From an uncultured delta proteobacterium (lineage in GTDB: Bacteria > Desulfobacterota > Binatia > UBA9968): 64,000 bases of DNA. Made by a program: the position numbers and the translations under genes. The notes below the pieces were generated by a model. It searched no databases, had not been told where the DNA came from, and saw only the letters and a list, made by a program, of their open reading frames with translations. Below, piece after piece: positions 22,691 to 32,542 of this stretch (position 1 is its first letter; every line of letters begins with the position of its first letter). The stretch covers positions 256,001 through 320,000 of the forward strand of contig CAVSHR010000012.1 of the NCBI GenBank assembly GCA_963727625.1, read 5' to 3'.

Positions 22691-23806
22691 TTACAGGCGA
22701 AACTCCTGCAGCGTGCGCAGAAAGCTGATGACGTCCTGCCGGGAAAGCATACCGATCACCTGTCCGTCCGTCATCACCGGCAGTTGATTGACTCCGTCAC
22801 CGTCCATCTGCTGGAGCGCGCTCCAGAGCTCTGCGGAAGGGCTGATGCGCTTGCATTGCTCCAGCGGGAGCATGGCCTGAGACGCGGCGGTCGTCGCCCA
22901 CTCCTGGCGCGGCACTTCTTTGACCCTGTGCGGAGTGATCAGGCCGACAGCCTTTTGGCCGCGAGTAACGATCAAACAGCGCTGCGCCTGGCCGAGGATC
23001 TGTTCGTCCACCAGCTCTTGCAGCTTAAGATCTGCGGCAACAGTAGCGCTCTGCCGGCTCATCGCCTGAGAGACGGTGTGTCCCGCCAGCAATTCTTTAA
23101 ACATCGCTTGGTGCAGCTCGGCAGTGGCGGCGTTGTCCAGAAACCAGCCGATGAACGCAAACCAAAAACCGCCGAGATCGCCGGCGAAGACGCGCCAGAA
23201 GCCTATAAAAATAAACAAAAAACCGAAAAAACGCCCGACCTTCGCGGAGATCAGGGTGGCGCGTCGCATGTTGCCTGTCAGCGCCCAAACGATGGCACGG
23301 AAAACGCGACCGCCATCGAGCGGGTAACCGGGGACCAAATTAAACAACACCAGCGTCATGTTGATATAGGCTAAATACTTGGCCAGCGCCCACAGAGGCT
23401 CAAGACCGGCAACGAGGGGTTCCACGGTGGAAAAAAAGCCCGCGAGAACGAGACTGACGATGGGGCCGGCGATGGCCACGAAAAATTCCGCGGCGGCGCT
23501 GGGGGGTTCCGCGCCAATCTGCGCGACGCCGCCAAAGACGAAAAGCGTGATGCTGCGCACGGGAATTTTATACCGCAATGCCACCACGGAGTGGCCCAGT
23601 TCATGGAGCAGCACGCTGGCGAAGAGCATGAGCGCCGTGACGGCGCCCATGACCCAATAGAGAGGCGGCGCCCAGCTCTTAAACTCCGCGGGGTAGTAAC
23701 TTCCTGCCAGCGCCCACGTGAGCAAGGCAAAGATCACGAACCAGGAATAATCCAAGCCGATGGGGATTCCGATGATCTTGCCCAGCGGAATGTTTTGTCG
23801 AGTCAT
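22691..23806 (-). CDS. Site-2 (M50) protease with CBS pair
   Basis: HELGH, FNLVPGYPLDGG, C-terminal CBS repeats. Confidence 0.92.
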   Translation of the reverse strand: MTRQNIPLGKIIGIPIGLDYSWFVIFALLTWALAGSYYPAEFKSWAPPLYWVMGAVTALMLFASVLLHELGHSVVALRYKIPVRSITLFVFGGVAQIGAEPPSAAAEFFVAIAGPIVSLVLAGFFSTVEPLVAGLEPLWALAKYLAYINMTLVLFNLVPGYPLDGGRVFRAIVWALTGNMRRATLISAKVGRFFGFLFIFIGFWRVFAGDLGGFWFAFIGWFLDNAATAELHQAMFKELLAGHTVSQAMSRQSATVAADLKLQELVDEQILGQAQRCLIVTRGQKAVGLITPHRVKEVPRQEWATTAASQAMLPLEQCKRISPSAELWSALQQMDGDGVNQLPVMTDGQVIGMLSRQDVISFLRTLQEFRL

Positions 23807-24495
23807 GACCGCGCCGATTGTCGCATATCGCCGCCGCCCATTACCGCTGCCATAGGATGCGCGTCCGTTCCAAGGGAACTTGAGCGCCGCAATGAAACGG
23901 CACCCCCCGCGGCGTGTAGTCCGTGGCGAGGCGGGCCAAGGCCATAGATTGGCCGGCTGACACGGGGTTGTTGGCTCATGGTTTGATGTCCCTTTGCTTC
24001 TCAGACGGCACCGCGAGAGTGTCCGGTTATTTTTTTGTGAGACTAAATCGATGTAAGTTCTCGCTCGGCAATCTCCAATGCCTTCCGAGCTGCCTCAGTG
24101 GCGCGCTTGAAATTGCCCCGTTAATAGCCGGTTTACCTTGATGACCGACGTTGTTTGTTGTTGTAAGTGCAATCCCGGCGCCAAGTTGGCCTTGCGCTTT
24201 TCCGTAGGATTACAAATCGATTGCCCGCAAAACTGCGAAAAATCGTCAAAGAGTTTTGCAGAGCTGCGATAGAATCCTGGCAGGTTTGGCTGTCTGGCTT
24301 ATCAACGGGAACTTCTATGATGAAGATTGATCGGCAGGAAGAACCGATCGGTCAATCGGAGAGCGAACAAAAAATCCATCCACGCCGTCTCCCTCAGACG
24401 CACGCCGATGCGCGGGCGCAGCTGGCTACTCGCATGGTTACACAGCAAAAACTTGTCAGATAATCGCGTATTTATATTTTCTCCGGTTCACCCGG

Positions 24496-24990
24496 TCATT
24501 CAATTGTCACTTTGGCTTCCTCGATGATCACATCGTATGTGTATCCGGCGCCAAAGTCTTTATCGAGCATAACGGTTCCTTCGACCAAAACCGTGTCGCC
24601 CACTTTCGCCTTGGCCTGGGTGGTCACGGTGAGATCGTTGGCCGGGTCCTTGCCGGTGCCATCGCGCAGGTGAAGCCAGTTCTTGCCCATGATGGCCTCG
24701 TGATACTTGACGACTTTGCCGCGCAGCGTCACTCGTTTGCCCTTGAGCTTGACCTTTTCTTGATAAACTTCCCGCACCGTCTTGCCGCCCTTCGGCTTGA
24801 CGATCTTCGAGAAATCGAGCTTGGGCGCGGCGGGAGCGGTGCTGCCGTGCCCGTCGATCTTCGGATGGCCTTCGGGAAGTGGCGCGCTGGCCGCCCGGGC
24901 GGCGGCGTAATGATCCAACGCGATCGCACTCGAGCCTGAAATGCTGACCGCTAATAAGAGCCTTGCCGCTGTGTAAAAAGTTTTCCTCAC
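24496..24990 (-). CDS. Exported OB-fold domain protein
   Basis: Signal peptide; VTLRGKVVK...IMGKNWLHLRDG...DKDFGAGY.Y..IIEEA. Confidence 0.75.
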   Translation of the reverse strand: MRKTFYTAARLLLAVSISGSSAIALDHYAAARAASAPLPEGHPKIDGHGSTAPAAPKLDFSKIVKPKGGKTVREVYQEKVKLKGKRVTLRGKVVKYHEAIMGKNWLHLRDGTGKDPANDLTVTTQAKAKVGDTVLVEGTVMLDKDFGAGYTYDVIIEEAKVTIE

Positions 24991-25190
24991 TGTTTCTCCT
25001 TCGCTGAAACATTTCTGCCGGACTGAATGGCAATCATCGACGACGTTTCCACTCTGTTTACCGATATCATGAATCCAAAAAAATATTAATCAGCAGGCCA
25101 GGAGGCCAGGCGGATTGCTCACGCCGGCTCGATCCATCCAAGGCGCGAGCGCGGCGGCAAAATCGGCGTCATAAGCTAGGAGAGCGGCGG

Positions 25191-27242
25191 CTAGGAAAGC
25201 AGGCCGCGCGCCCAAACGAAGAGCGCTCCTGAAGGAAATGGAAGTTGGATGGCCCAACCGAACAGGCCATAGAAAAACACCCAGGAGAGCAGAGCGAGAG
25301 CGAGACTGGTTAGCCATTTCTCTCTCGCCGCAACCTTGAGGTAGAGAAAAGTCAGTACCGGAGCGGCATCGATAAATCCCAAGAGCCAAATGGCGGCAAA
25401 AAATCCCGTGAGCCAACCCACCATTGAAAGCGTTCGGCGCTGAGCTGGCCTGAGGTCCTCCATGGGCTTAACTTTGGCCTCAACCGGAACCGGGCGGCGT
25501 ATCACCGGTCGAATCTCCGCGGCCAGGACGATCAGCGCGAGCGCCAAACCGGGGATTCCCACGACGCGTGGAAAAAGCGCCGCCGAAGGGAAATCTGCGC
25601 CATAGCCAAAATAGGCTTGATAAACTAGGTAGCCAAAGATCAAGGCGAAAAAGAAAGCAAAGAGTGCCCGGTAAATTGGACTTCGGATCACCACCTGCAG
25701 CTCAACATCAGAAGGCGCACGTTCCCCTTTGTGGGGCCGGTGCGCCTCGATGACCGAATAAACCAGCACTCCAACCATCAGCAGAAAAATAATAATCACG
25801 CCGGGGTGGGTCAGCCACTTATATCCATAGGTGGAGGTAGCGATAAAGAAATTGCTTTCGGCGATATCCCCCAAAACTAGACCCAGGACCATCGGCGGGC
25901 GCGGCCAATCGAATTGAACCATGAACCAGCCGATCACCCCAAAAATAAAAACCAGGAACAGATCTCCGAAGCTGTTTTTCACGGCAAAGCCACCGATGTA
26001 AATCAATAAAAGGACAAAGGGGATTAGGAACGTGCCTTTGACGTGGGTGATATTCGCCAGCTGCTTCAGAAAAAGAAATGAGGCGGCGACGGTTATAAGA
26101 TTGGAAACGACGACGACCCATACGAGAGAAAAGGTCAGCGTTAGATACTTGGCCGGATCGAGCATATCCGGGCCCGGGACGATACCCTGCATGATGAAAG
26201 CGCCGAGCAGAATTGCCATCGAGACGCTTCCCGGAACGCCGAACGCAACTGTGGGGATCAAAGCTCCGCCCTCTTTTGCGTTAGTGGCGGCGCAAGGACC
26301 AATCACTCCTTCGATAGCGCCTTTGCCAAACCGTTCCTGATCCGGCGAGCTTTGGACCGCGTGGGCGTAGGCCAGCCATTGCGCCACCGACCCTCCCAAT
26401 CCCGGCAGCGCGCCGATGTAGCTGCCGAGAATGCTGCAGCGCAACACCAAACCCCAGTGGCGAAAGACATCCTTGACGCCCTCCATGACTCCGCCCAGCT
26501 TGCCGATCCGCTCCCGCGCAATGCTTGATCCTTGAACTCCTAGGTCGATAATTTCCGGGATCGCAAAGAGACCGATGGTGACCACGACCAGGGAAATGCC
26601 GTCCCATAAGAAAAGCGAAACGTCTTCGCCGAGAAAGCGCTCCAGGGTATATCGTTGAATCGAGTTGATGGGGTCGAGCCCTACCATGGCAAGGGCTAAA
26701 CCCAGGGCTCCGCTGCTCAGCCCTTTCAGGAGATTACGTCCACTGAGCGATACGATGAAGACAATCCCGAGGATCGCGAGCATGAAGAATTCGGCGGAGC
26801 CAATTGAAAGAACGATGGGGCGCACGATGGGAATCGCGAGTGCGAGCACAAAGGCGCCGAAAATCGCGCCGATGAGTGAACTCACCAAAGAGGCGCCCAA
26901 GGCGCGCCCTGCCTCGCCTTTCTTTGACAGCGGATGGCCGTCGACGATGACGGCCGCCGTCGTCCCTTCACCCGGGACACCGAACAGTATCGAAGTAATG
27001 TCGCCTGCAGTCGCTGTAACCGAGGCCATTCCCAAGAGAAAGGCAAATGCCTGCGTGGGATCCATGTCATAGATGAAAGGGAGCATCAGCGCCAGGGTGG
27101 CGGCCCCTCCGATGCCGGGAAGGATGCCCACCCAGAAGCCGACGAAGATGCCTATCAGCATGAACAGGAAGGCCTGCTGCCCATGAGCGCTGAACGGCAG
27201 GATCGCGATCAGTCCATGGTAGAAGGCCTCGAGGTATGCCAC
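25191..27242 (-). CDS. tctA: Tripartite tricarboxylate transporter permease TctA with fused TctB-like C-terminus
   Basis: VGILPGIGG, ILFGVPG, IPTVAFGVPGS; extra ~170-aa four-helix tail with FPRVVG. Confidence 0.9.
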   Translation of the reverse strand: MAYLEAFYHGLIAILPFSAHGQQAFLFMLIGIFVGFWVGILPGIGGAATLALMLPFIYDMDPTQAFAFLLGMASVTATAGDITSILFGVPGEGTTAAVIVDGHPLSKKGEAGRALGASLVSSLIGAIFGAFVLALAIPIVRPIVLSIGSAEFFMLAILGIVFIVSLSGRNLLKGLSSGALGLALAMVGLDPINSIQRYTLERFLGEDVSLFLWDGISLVVVTIGLFAIPEIIDLGVQGSSIARERIGKLGGVMEGVKDVFRHWGLVLRCSILGSYIGALPGLGGSVAQWLAYAHAVQSSPDQERFGKGAIEGVIGPCAATNAKEGGALIPTVAFGVPGSVSMAILLGAFIMQGIVPGPDMLDPAKYLTLTFSLVWVVVVSNLITVAASFLFLKQLANITHVKGTFLIPFVLLLIYIGGFAVKNSFGDLFLVFIFGVIGWFMVQFDWPRPPMVLGLVLGDIAESNFFIATSTYGYKWLTHPGVIIIFLLMVGVLVYSVIEAHRPHKGERAPSDVELQVVIRSPIYRALFAFFFALIFGYLVYQAYFGYGADFPSAALFPRVVGIPGLALALIVLAAEIRPVIRRPVPVEAKVKPMEDLRPAQRRTLSMVGWLTGFFAAIWLLGFIDAAPVLTFLYLKVAAREKWLTSLALALLSWVFFYGLFGWAIQLPFPSGALFVWARGLLS

Positions 27243-27243
27243 G

Positions 27244-28353
27244 TCAAACCTGCTTTTTGCCTCGCCCGATCAGCTTCTCCAGCAGCTCTATGGCCTTGTG
27301 TGACGTGGAAAGCGTCTCGTTGACCAATTGTTCGATTTCCTCGCCGGAAACGGAGGCTACGATAAGATTCGATTTTTTCGCATCGGCCTTGAATGCCGGG
27401 TCTTCGAGTGTTTCCTTCACCGCAGTCCGGAGAATCTCAAGTCGCGCTTTGGGCGTTCCCGGAGGCAGGGACAGTGGTTGAAAATATTTGTATGCGTTGA
27501 GCCACGCCTTGAAGGCCTGCAAATTGTCCTCGCCCTTGATGACCTCCGTGAATTGAGAAAGATCTTTAACTTGCGGCGCATCCCATTTTCCCTCGATGGC
27601 AAACGGAATCAGCCTGTCCCCGTCCTTGGCATTCAACATAGCGCTCGCTGTCGTCCTCATGGATTCCCAAGTCCAGCAGGCGCCATCCAGCTCTTTTCGC
27701 TGCATGCCGATGCGAATTCTCGAGGTCCCTTTATAACCGCGAATCACCTTGAAAGGCGCATGCATCAGGCCGATCATGAGCCTCGGCAAATCGTCTGTGG
27801 TCGATCCCGCGCCCGTGGAGCCCATTCTTAGCTGTTTCTTCGAGTGGAGCACGTCTTCCAAGTTCTTGTCACCCGTGAACGCCATGATCGCGCAAATCGG
27901 TGACCCGGTCCTGATCGAAGCGATCCATTCGAACTTGCGGGCGTCGAACTGAATCCCCTTGAGGCCCAACGCCTGCTCGGTAACTAGCCCGCCGCCGAAA
28001 GAGCCGATCGTGAGTCCGTCCGGATCGGCCTTTTTATAGAGGTAATTCGCCGCGATCAGACTTCCGGCACCGGTCATATTCTGCACGATGACATTGGGAT
28101 TCCCGGGAATGTGTTTACCCAGGTGGCGCGCCAGCGTTCGAGCGTAGGTGTCGTATCCTCCTCCAGCAGCGTAGCCGACGACGATACTGATGGTTTTGCC
28201 CTGGTAAAAATCTGCTGCGCTCGATCGACCCGGGCAACCGGCCAAGAGAAGAACCGTAACGAGCGCCATCACTGATTGTAGAGGTAAGCGAATTTTCTCC
28301 CTCATAAAACCGTCCTCCTTCCTTATCCGTTCTTTACCGATTTTGGTTCGCAT
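27244..28353 (-). CDS. tctC: Tripartite tricarboxylate transporter substrate-binding protein (Bug/TctC)
   Basis: IVVGYAAGGGYD..AR...H.PG.P...VQNM.GAG, PDGLT. Confidence 0.9.
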   Translation of the reverse strand: MRTKIGKERIRKEDGFMREKIRLPLQSVMALVTVLLLAGCPGRSSAADFYQGKTISIVVGYAAGGGYDTYARTLARHLGKHIPGNPNVIVQNMTGAGSLIAANYLYKKADPDGLTIGSFGGGLVTEQALGLKGIQFDARKFEWIASIRTGSPICAIMAFTGDKNLEDVLHSKKQLRMGSTGAGSTTDDLPRLMIGLMHAPFKVIRGYKGTSRIRIGMQRKELDGACWTWESMRTTASAMLNAKDGDRLIPFAIEGKWDAPQVKDLSQFTEVIKGEDNLQAFKAWLNAYKYFQPLSLPPGTPKARLEILRTAVKETLEDPAFKADAKKSNLIVASVSGEEIEQLVNETLSTSHKAIELLEKLIGRGKKQV

Positions 28354-28733
28354 GGCTCGCGGGACTCAGATCGGCACCCCACTGCGCGATCAGGCTGACT
28401 CGCGCGCATCGGATTCCAGTTAAACTTTCCCGGTAGTGATCGAGCCCGACAGCTCCGCCTCACACACTTTATGTTTGAGCAAGACTAATGCCACGGTGAG
28501 AACTATGGAAGTGGTCGCATTCGATCGAAACCAGGCTCGACCGATTCGTTGACTGTGGCAAATCTGTGGGTCCATGTGGAATTCTGTCTCACTTGTTTAT
28601 TCTCTCGATCTCCTAGCTGGCGGCAGCTCCGGCATTCTTCGCATCGCTGTTCGGAGCCTGGAATTTTGTCCGGCAGAAGCTATGCTATGAGAAAACCCTT
28701 AATGAACCGAGATCACTCTCGCGAAAGAAACTC

Positions 28734-29417
28734 ATGCACATCCTGGTTGTCGAAGACGAGAAGAAAGTCGCCAGTTTCATCAAGCGCGGGCTTGAGGCGG
28801 CCAACTATTCTGTCGATGTGGAGCACGACGGCAAGGCGGGACTGAATCGGCTTATGGAAGGCGGATTCGATCTGGTCATTCTCGATGTCATGCTTCCAAC
28901 GCTCGATGGTCTTAGCGTCATGAAGCAAATTCGCCAGGAGCGGGTCAGCGTGCCGATTCTTTTGCTCACCGCACGGGTCACCGTAGCGGACCGAGTCAGC
29001 GGTTTAGATCTAGGCGCGGATGACTATCTCACCAAGCCGTTTGCCTTTGAAGAATTGCTGGCACGCGTGCGCGCTTTACTCCGGCGCGGCGGCCCGGCGG
29101 CGCCGCCGGTATTGACCGTGGCGGATTTGCGCCTCGACCTGGTGACCCACGAGGTAAGCCGCGGCAATCGGCGCATCGAGCTGACGCCCAAGGAGTTCGC
29201 CCTGCTCGAGTTTCTCCTCCGCAGGCAAGAACAGATCCTGAGCCGCGCGGTGATTGCCCAGCACGTGTGGGGAGTCGACTACGATACCTTTACGAACGTG
29301 ATCGATGTCTACGTTAATTACCTGAGGAAAAAAATCGACGATGACTTCGATGTAAAGTTGATCCACACGGTGCGCGGCGTCGGCTACGTTTTGAAGGAAG
29401 AGCCGCCAGCGTTATGA
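28734..29417 (+). CDS. OmpR/PhoB-family response regulator
   Basis: LVVEDE, LDVMLP, GADDYLTKPF, DVYVNYLRKKID, TVRGVGY. Confidence 0.95.
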   Translation: MHILVVEDEKKVASFIKRGLEAANYSVDVEHDGKAGLNRLMEGGFDLVILDVMLPTLDGLSVMKQIRQERVSVPILLLTARVTVADRVSGLDLGADDYLTKPFAFEELLARVRALLRRGGPAAPPVLTVADLRLDLVTHEVSRGNRRIELTPKEFALLEFLLRRQEQILSRAVIAQHVWGVDYDTFTNVIDVYVNYLRKKIDDDFDVKLIHTVRGVGYVLKEEPPAL

Positions 29418-30847
29418 GCTTGCGTCCGACGACCCTGCGGGGTCGATTGACACTTTGGTACACCGGCGTCCTAACCGTGATGCTCGTCCTGGCGGGGGCA
29501 TCATCTACCATCCTGCTGGATCACGGCCTGCGAAATACCGTGGATGACTCGCTGAATTCTTTGGCGCATGCCATCGCCGATTCGGTTCGCCAGACCTCCT
29601 TGCCGTCGCCTGATATCGAAGATTCGCTCCAGTCGCTGCTGGGGCCCCGACTGGCCGAGCGGTTTTTCCAATTGCTCGATCCGTTTGGCCAGGTTGATCC
29701 TCGTCTCGTTCCTCCGAAGCGAGCGCGACTACCCTTGAGCGCGGCAGCGCGGCGTAACGCGGAAAGAGGTCAAGCGACTTTTGAAACGATCACCTTCCCG
29801 GCGGGAACCAACAAGGTGTTTCGGCTGCTCACGATGCCGGTCATTAGAAACGGCGCGACGGCTAATATTGTTCAAGTCGCCATGTCCTTGGAAACCGTCG
29901 AAGGCGCGCGTTCCAGTTTCGTTTTCATCCTTCTCGCTCTTTCCCCTTTGGTTTTGGCCGCCGGGGCGCTTGGCGGCTGGTTTCTCGCCCGGCGAGCATT
30001 GGCGCCGGTCGACGCAATCGTCGAGGCGGCGCGAAAGATTGAAGCCGAGCAACTTAGCAAGCGCATCCCTGCTTTGTCGCAGGACGCTGAATTGGGCCGG
30101 CTGATCGCTGTGCTGAATGATATGCTCGAGCGGATCGAAGCTGCTTTTGCGGCGGTTCGGCGTTTCAGCGCCGACGCCGCCCATGAATTGCGGACCCCGC
30201 TAACGATTCTCAAGGGAGAAATCGAGGTCGCGCTCGGTTCGTCACTCTCCTCTGAAGCGGCTCGGCGGACGTTGCTAAGCTGCTTGGAAGAAGTGGACCG
30301 GCTGAATTCGTTGGTGGCAGACTTGCTATTGATGGCGCGGATTGAAAGCAATGCGTTACCCATAAATCCGCGGCCGGTCAACCTGGCCGAGACGATGGAG
30401 GATGTAGCGCCTGCATTGATGGAACTGGCAGCGCGAGCCGGAAACCGCTGTAAGGTCAATGCGCCTTCACCATGTTGGGTGCTGGGTTCTGAGTCGCTGC
30501 TTTTTCGGCTGGTATTTAACTTGGCCGAAAACGCGATCAAATATACTCCAGCACAAGGATTAATCGAAGTTACCTTGCGCCAAGATGACGGCGCCGCCGT
30601 CTGGGAAGTCAAGGATACCGGTCCTGGAATAGCGCCGGAGGTGCAGAAGCGTCTTTTCGAGCGCTTTTATCGCGGCGATCCGGCCAGAGAGGGCAACGGC
30701 ACCGGGCTGGGATTGGCACTGGTTCGCTCTATCGTTCAACTGCACCATGGCAAGATTGAAGTCTCCAGTGCCGCGGGCGAGGGCAGTTCCTTCCGCGTAC
30801 TATTGCCGCTAGTCCCGCCACCCGCTTCCCCGCCCAGCGAAGATTAA
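29414..30847 (+). CDS. HAMP sensor histidine kinase
   Basis: Two TM segments, HAMP, AHELRTPL, NAIKY, DTGPGI, GTGLGL. Confidence 0.95.
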   Translation: MSLRPTTLRGRLTLWYTGVLTVMLVLAGASSTILLDHGLRNTVDDSLNSLAHAIADSVRQTSLPSPDIEDSLQSLLGPRLAERFFQLLDPFGQVDPRLVPPKRARLPLSAAARRNAERGQATFETITFPAGTNKVFRLLTMPVIRNGATANIVQVAMSLETVEGARSSFVFILLALSPLVLAAGALGGWFLARRALAPVDAIVEAARKIEAEQLSKRIPALSQDAELGRLIAVLNDMLERIEAAFAAVRRFSADAAHELRTPLTILKGEIEVALGSSLSSEAARRTLLSCLEEVDRLNSLVADLLLMARIESNALPINPRPVNLAETMEDVAPALMELAARAGNRCKVNAPSPCWVLGSESLLFRLVFNLAENAIKYTPAQGLIEVTLRQDDGAAVWEVKDTGPGIAPEVQKRLFERFYRGDPAREGNGTGLGLALVRSIVQLHHGKIEVSSAAGEGSSFRVLLPLVPPPASPPSED

Positions 30848-30896
30848 AAAATTTTAATCCGCCTCTCATTCTCCTCTCATCGTCCGCGTTTATAAT
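30842..30896 (+). promoter_or_regulatory. Putative response-regulator-activated promoter of degQ
   Basis: CCTCTCAT direct repeat at 30862 and 30873 (11-bp period), TATAAT at 30891, inverted repeat at 30842-30859. Confidence 0.5.
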
Positions 30897-30970
30897 TCCA
30901 GTATCGAGAGTTAAGGTCTTTGTATGGAAACAATCAACGTGGACGCGTTCCACAAAAAGGAGAAGTAGAA

Positions 30971-32434
30971 ATGAAATCGAAACAAGCAATTGTTGCCACA
31001 ACGGCGCTGGCATTCGCCCTGGCGGGAGGGGGTTTCGCCGTCGGTCGAGAAACCCAGAAAGCGGTAACACCGGCCAATCCAAACGGAAACCATCTGCCGG
31101 CGGTTTCTGGATCTCAGAACGGCTCTTTCCCTTCCTTCGCTGATTTAGCCGCCCGGGTTTCCCCCGCGGTGGTTAACGTCAAAGTGACCTCGGTCGAGAA
31201 AACCGCTTTCTCCGACCAGCTTTCCGGCGGAGACTTCCCATTTCCCGGATTCCAAATTCCTGTTCCCCAGCAGCCCCAAGAATTCAGAAGGCAGGGAACG
31301 GGCTCGGGATTTATCATCAGCAAAGACGGACTGATTTTGACCAACTACCACGTCATTGATAACGCCCAGGCGATCACGGTGACGCTGAGTGACAAAGGGC
31401 AGTACAAGGCCAGGGTCGTCGGACGCGACCCGAAGACCGATCTCGCGGTCTTGAAGATCGAAGCGAAAGAATCTTTGCCCACCGTTGCGCTCGGCGACTC
31501 GGGCGCGCTCCGAGTCGGAGACTGGGTCATGGCAATTGGCAACCCATTTGGTCTCACCAACACCGTGACCACGGGGATCGTCAGCGCTAAGGGAAGGACG
31601 ATTGGCGCCGGCCCCTACGACAATTTCATTCAAACCGACGCGCCGATCAATCCGGGTAATTCCGGTGGGCCGCTTTTTAACATGGCCGGCGATGTCGTCG
31701 GCATCAATACGGCCATCTTCAGCCAAAGCGGCGGCAATGTGGGAATCGGCTTTGCCATTCCGGTGAACTTGGTCAAGAGCCTGCTGCCGCAACTGGAAAC
31801 CAAGGGGACCGTCACGCGCGGTTGGCTGGGCGTATCGATTCAACCGGTGACCCCCGAACTGGCTCGCTCATTTGGCCTCAAACAAGCGCAAGGCGCGCTA
31901 GTCGGAGACGTGACGGCTGAAGGCCCGGCGCAGAAGGCCGGAATCAAGCGCGGCGATGTGATCGTCAGCTACGACGGGAAAAAAGTTGACAGCGCCGCAA
32001 CACTGCCGATACTCGTGGCTTCGACAGCGGTTGGCAAGACCGTGCCGGTTGAAGTTATCCGTAATGGCAAAATGACCACCGTCAACGTGGAAACCGGCAA
32101 ACTCAACGATCAAACCGCGGCGGTGAAAGCGGAGAAGGAAAAGAGCAAGTGGGGGTTGGCGCTGCAGAACATTCGGCCCGAGGAGCGGCGTCAGATGGGA
32201 CTCAAGGGAAAGTCAGGCGTCGTAGTGGCAGCCGTGGAGCCGGCAAGCCCTGCCGCCGACGCGGGGATTCAACCCGGTGACGTGATCATGCAAGTGAACC
32301 AGGTTCCGGTGAGCACGGTTCAAGCCGTGAAGAGCCAAGCCGCCAAAACCCGGGGTGACAAACCACTGCTTCTCTTGGTCCGGCGCGCCGACGGCAGCAC
32401 GATGTTCGCCGCGTTGTCCCACAACGTTGGATAG
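30971..32434 (+). CDS. degQ: DegQ/DegP (HtrA) serine protease with two PDZ domains
   Basis: GSGFI, LTNYHVI, TDLAVL, INPGNSGGPL, two PDZ; RBS before ATG 30971. Confidence 0.93.
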   Translation: MKSKQAIVATTALAFALAGGGFAVGRETQKAVTPANPNGNHLPAVSGSQNGSFPSFADLAARVSPAVVNVKVTSVEKTAFSDQLSGGDFPFPGFQIPVPQQPQEFRRQGTGSGFIISKDGLILTNYHVIDNAQAITVTLSDKGQYKARVVGRDPKTDLAVLKIEAKESLPTVALGDSGALRVGDWVMAIGNPFGLTNTVTTGIVSAKGRTIGAGPYDNFIQTDAPINPGNSGGPLFNMAGDVVGINTAIFSQSGGNVGIGFAIPVNLVKSLLPQLETKGTVTRGWLGVSIQPVTPELARSFGLKQAQGALVGDVTAEGPAQKAGIKRGDVIVSYDGKKVDSAATLPILVASTAVGKTVPVEVIRNGKMTTVNVETGKLNDQTAAVKAEKEKSKWGLALQNIRPEERRQMGLKGKSGVVVAAVEPASPAADAGIQPGDVIMQVNQVPVSTVQAVKSQAAKTRGDKPLLLLVRRADGSTMFAALSHNVG

Positions 32435-32542
32435 TTGTCGCAACCTGCCCATGCCTGCCGGACGGATTTCACCGTTCGGCAGGCGTTCTCGTGTCAGCAA
32501 CTGCCTGCGCCCTACTTACCGAGTAGATATCTATAGTTATTT

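Noticed and set aside
21559-22728. 389-aa plus-strand ORF and similar long antisense ORFs across the window
   Set aside because: Shadow ORFs opposite well-supported genes in GC-rich DNA.
23810-24490. Short ORFs in the 23.8-24.5 kb gap
   Set aside because: No recognisable motifs or consistent RBS; left unannotated.
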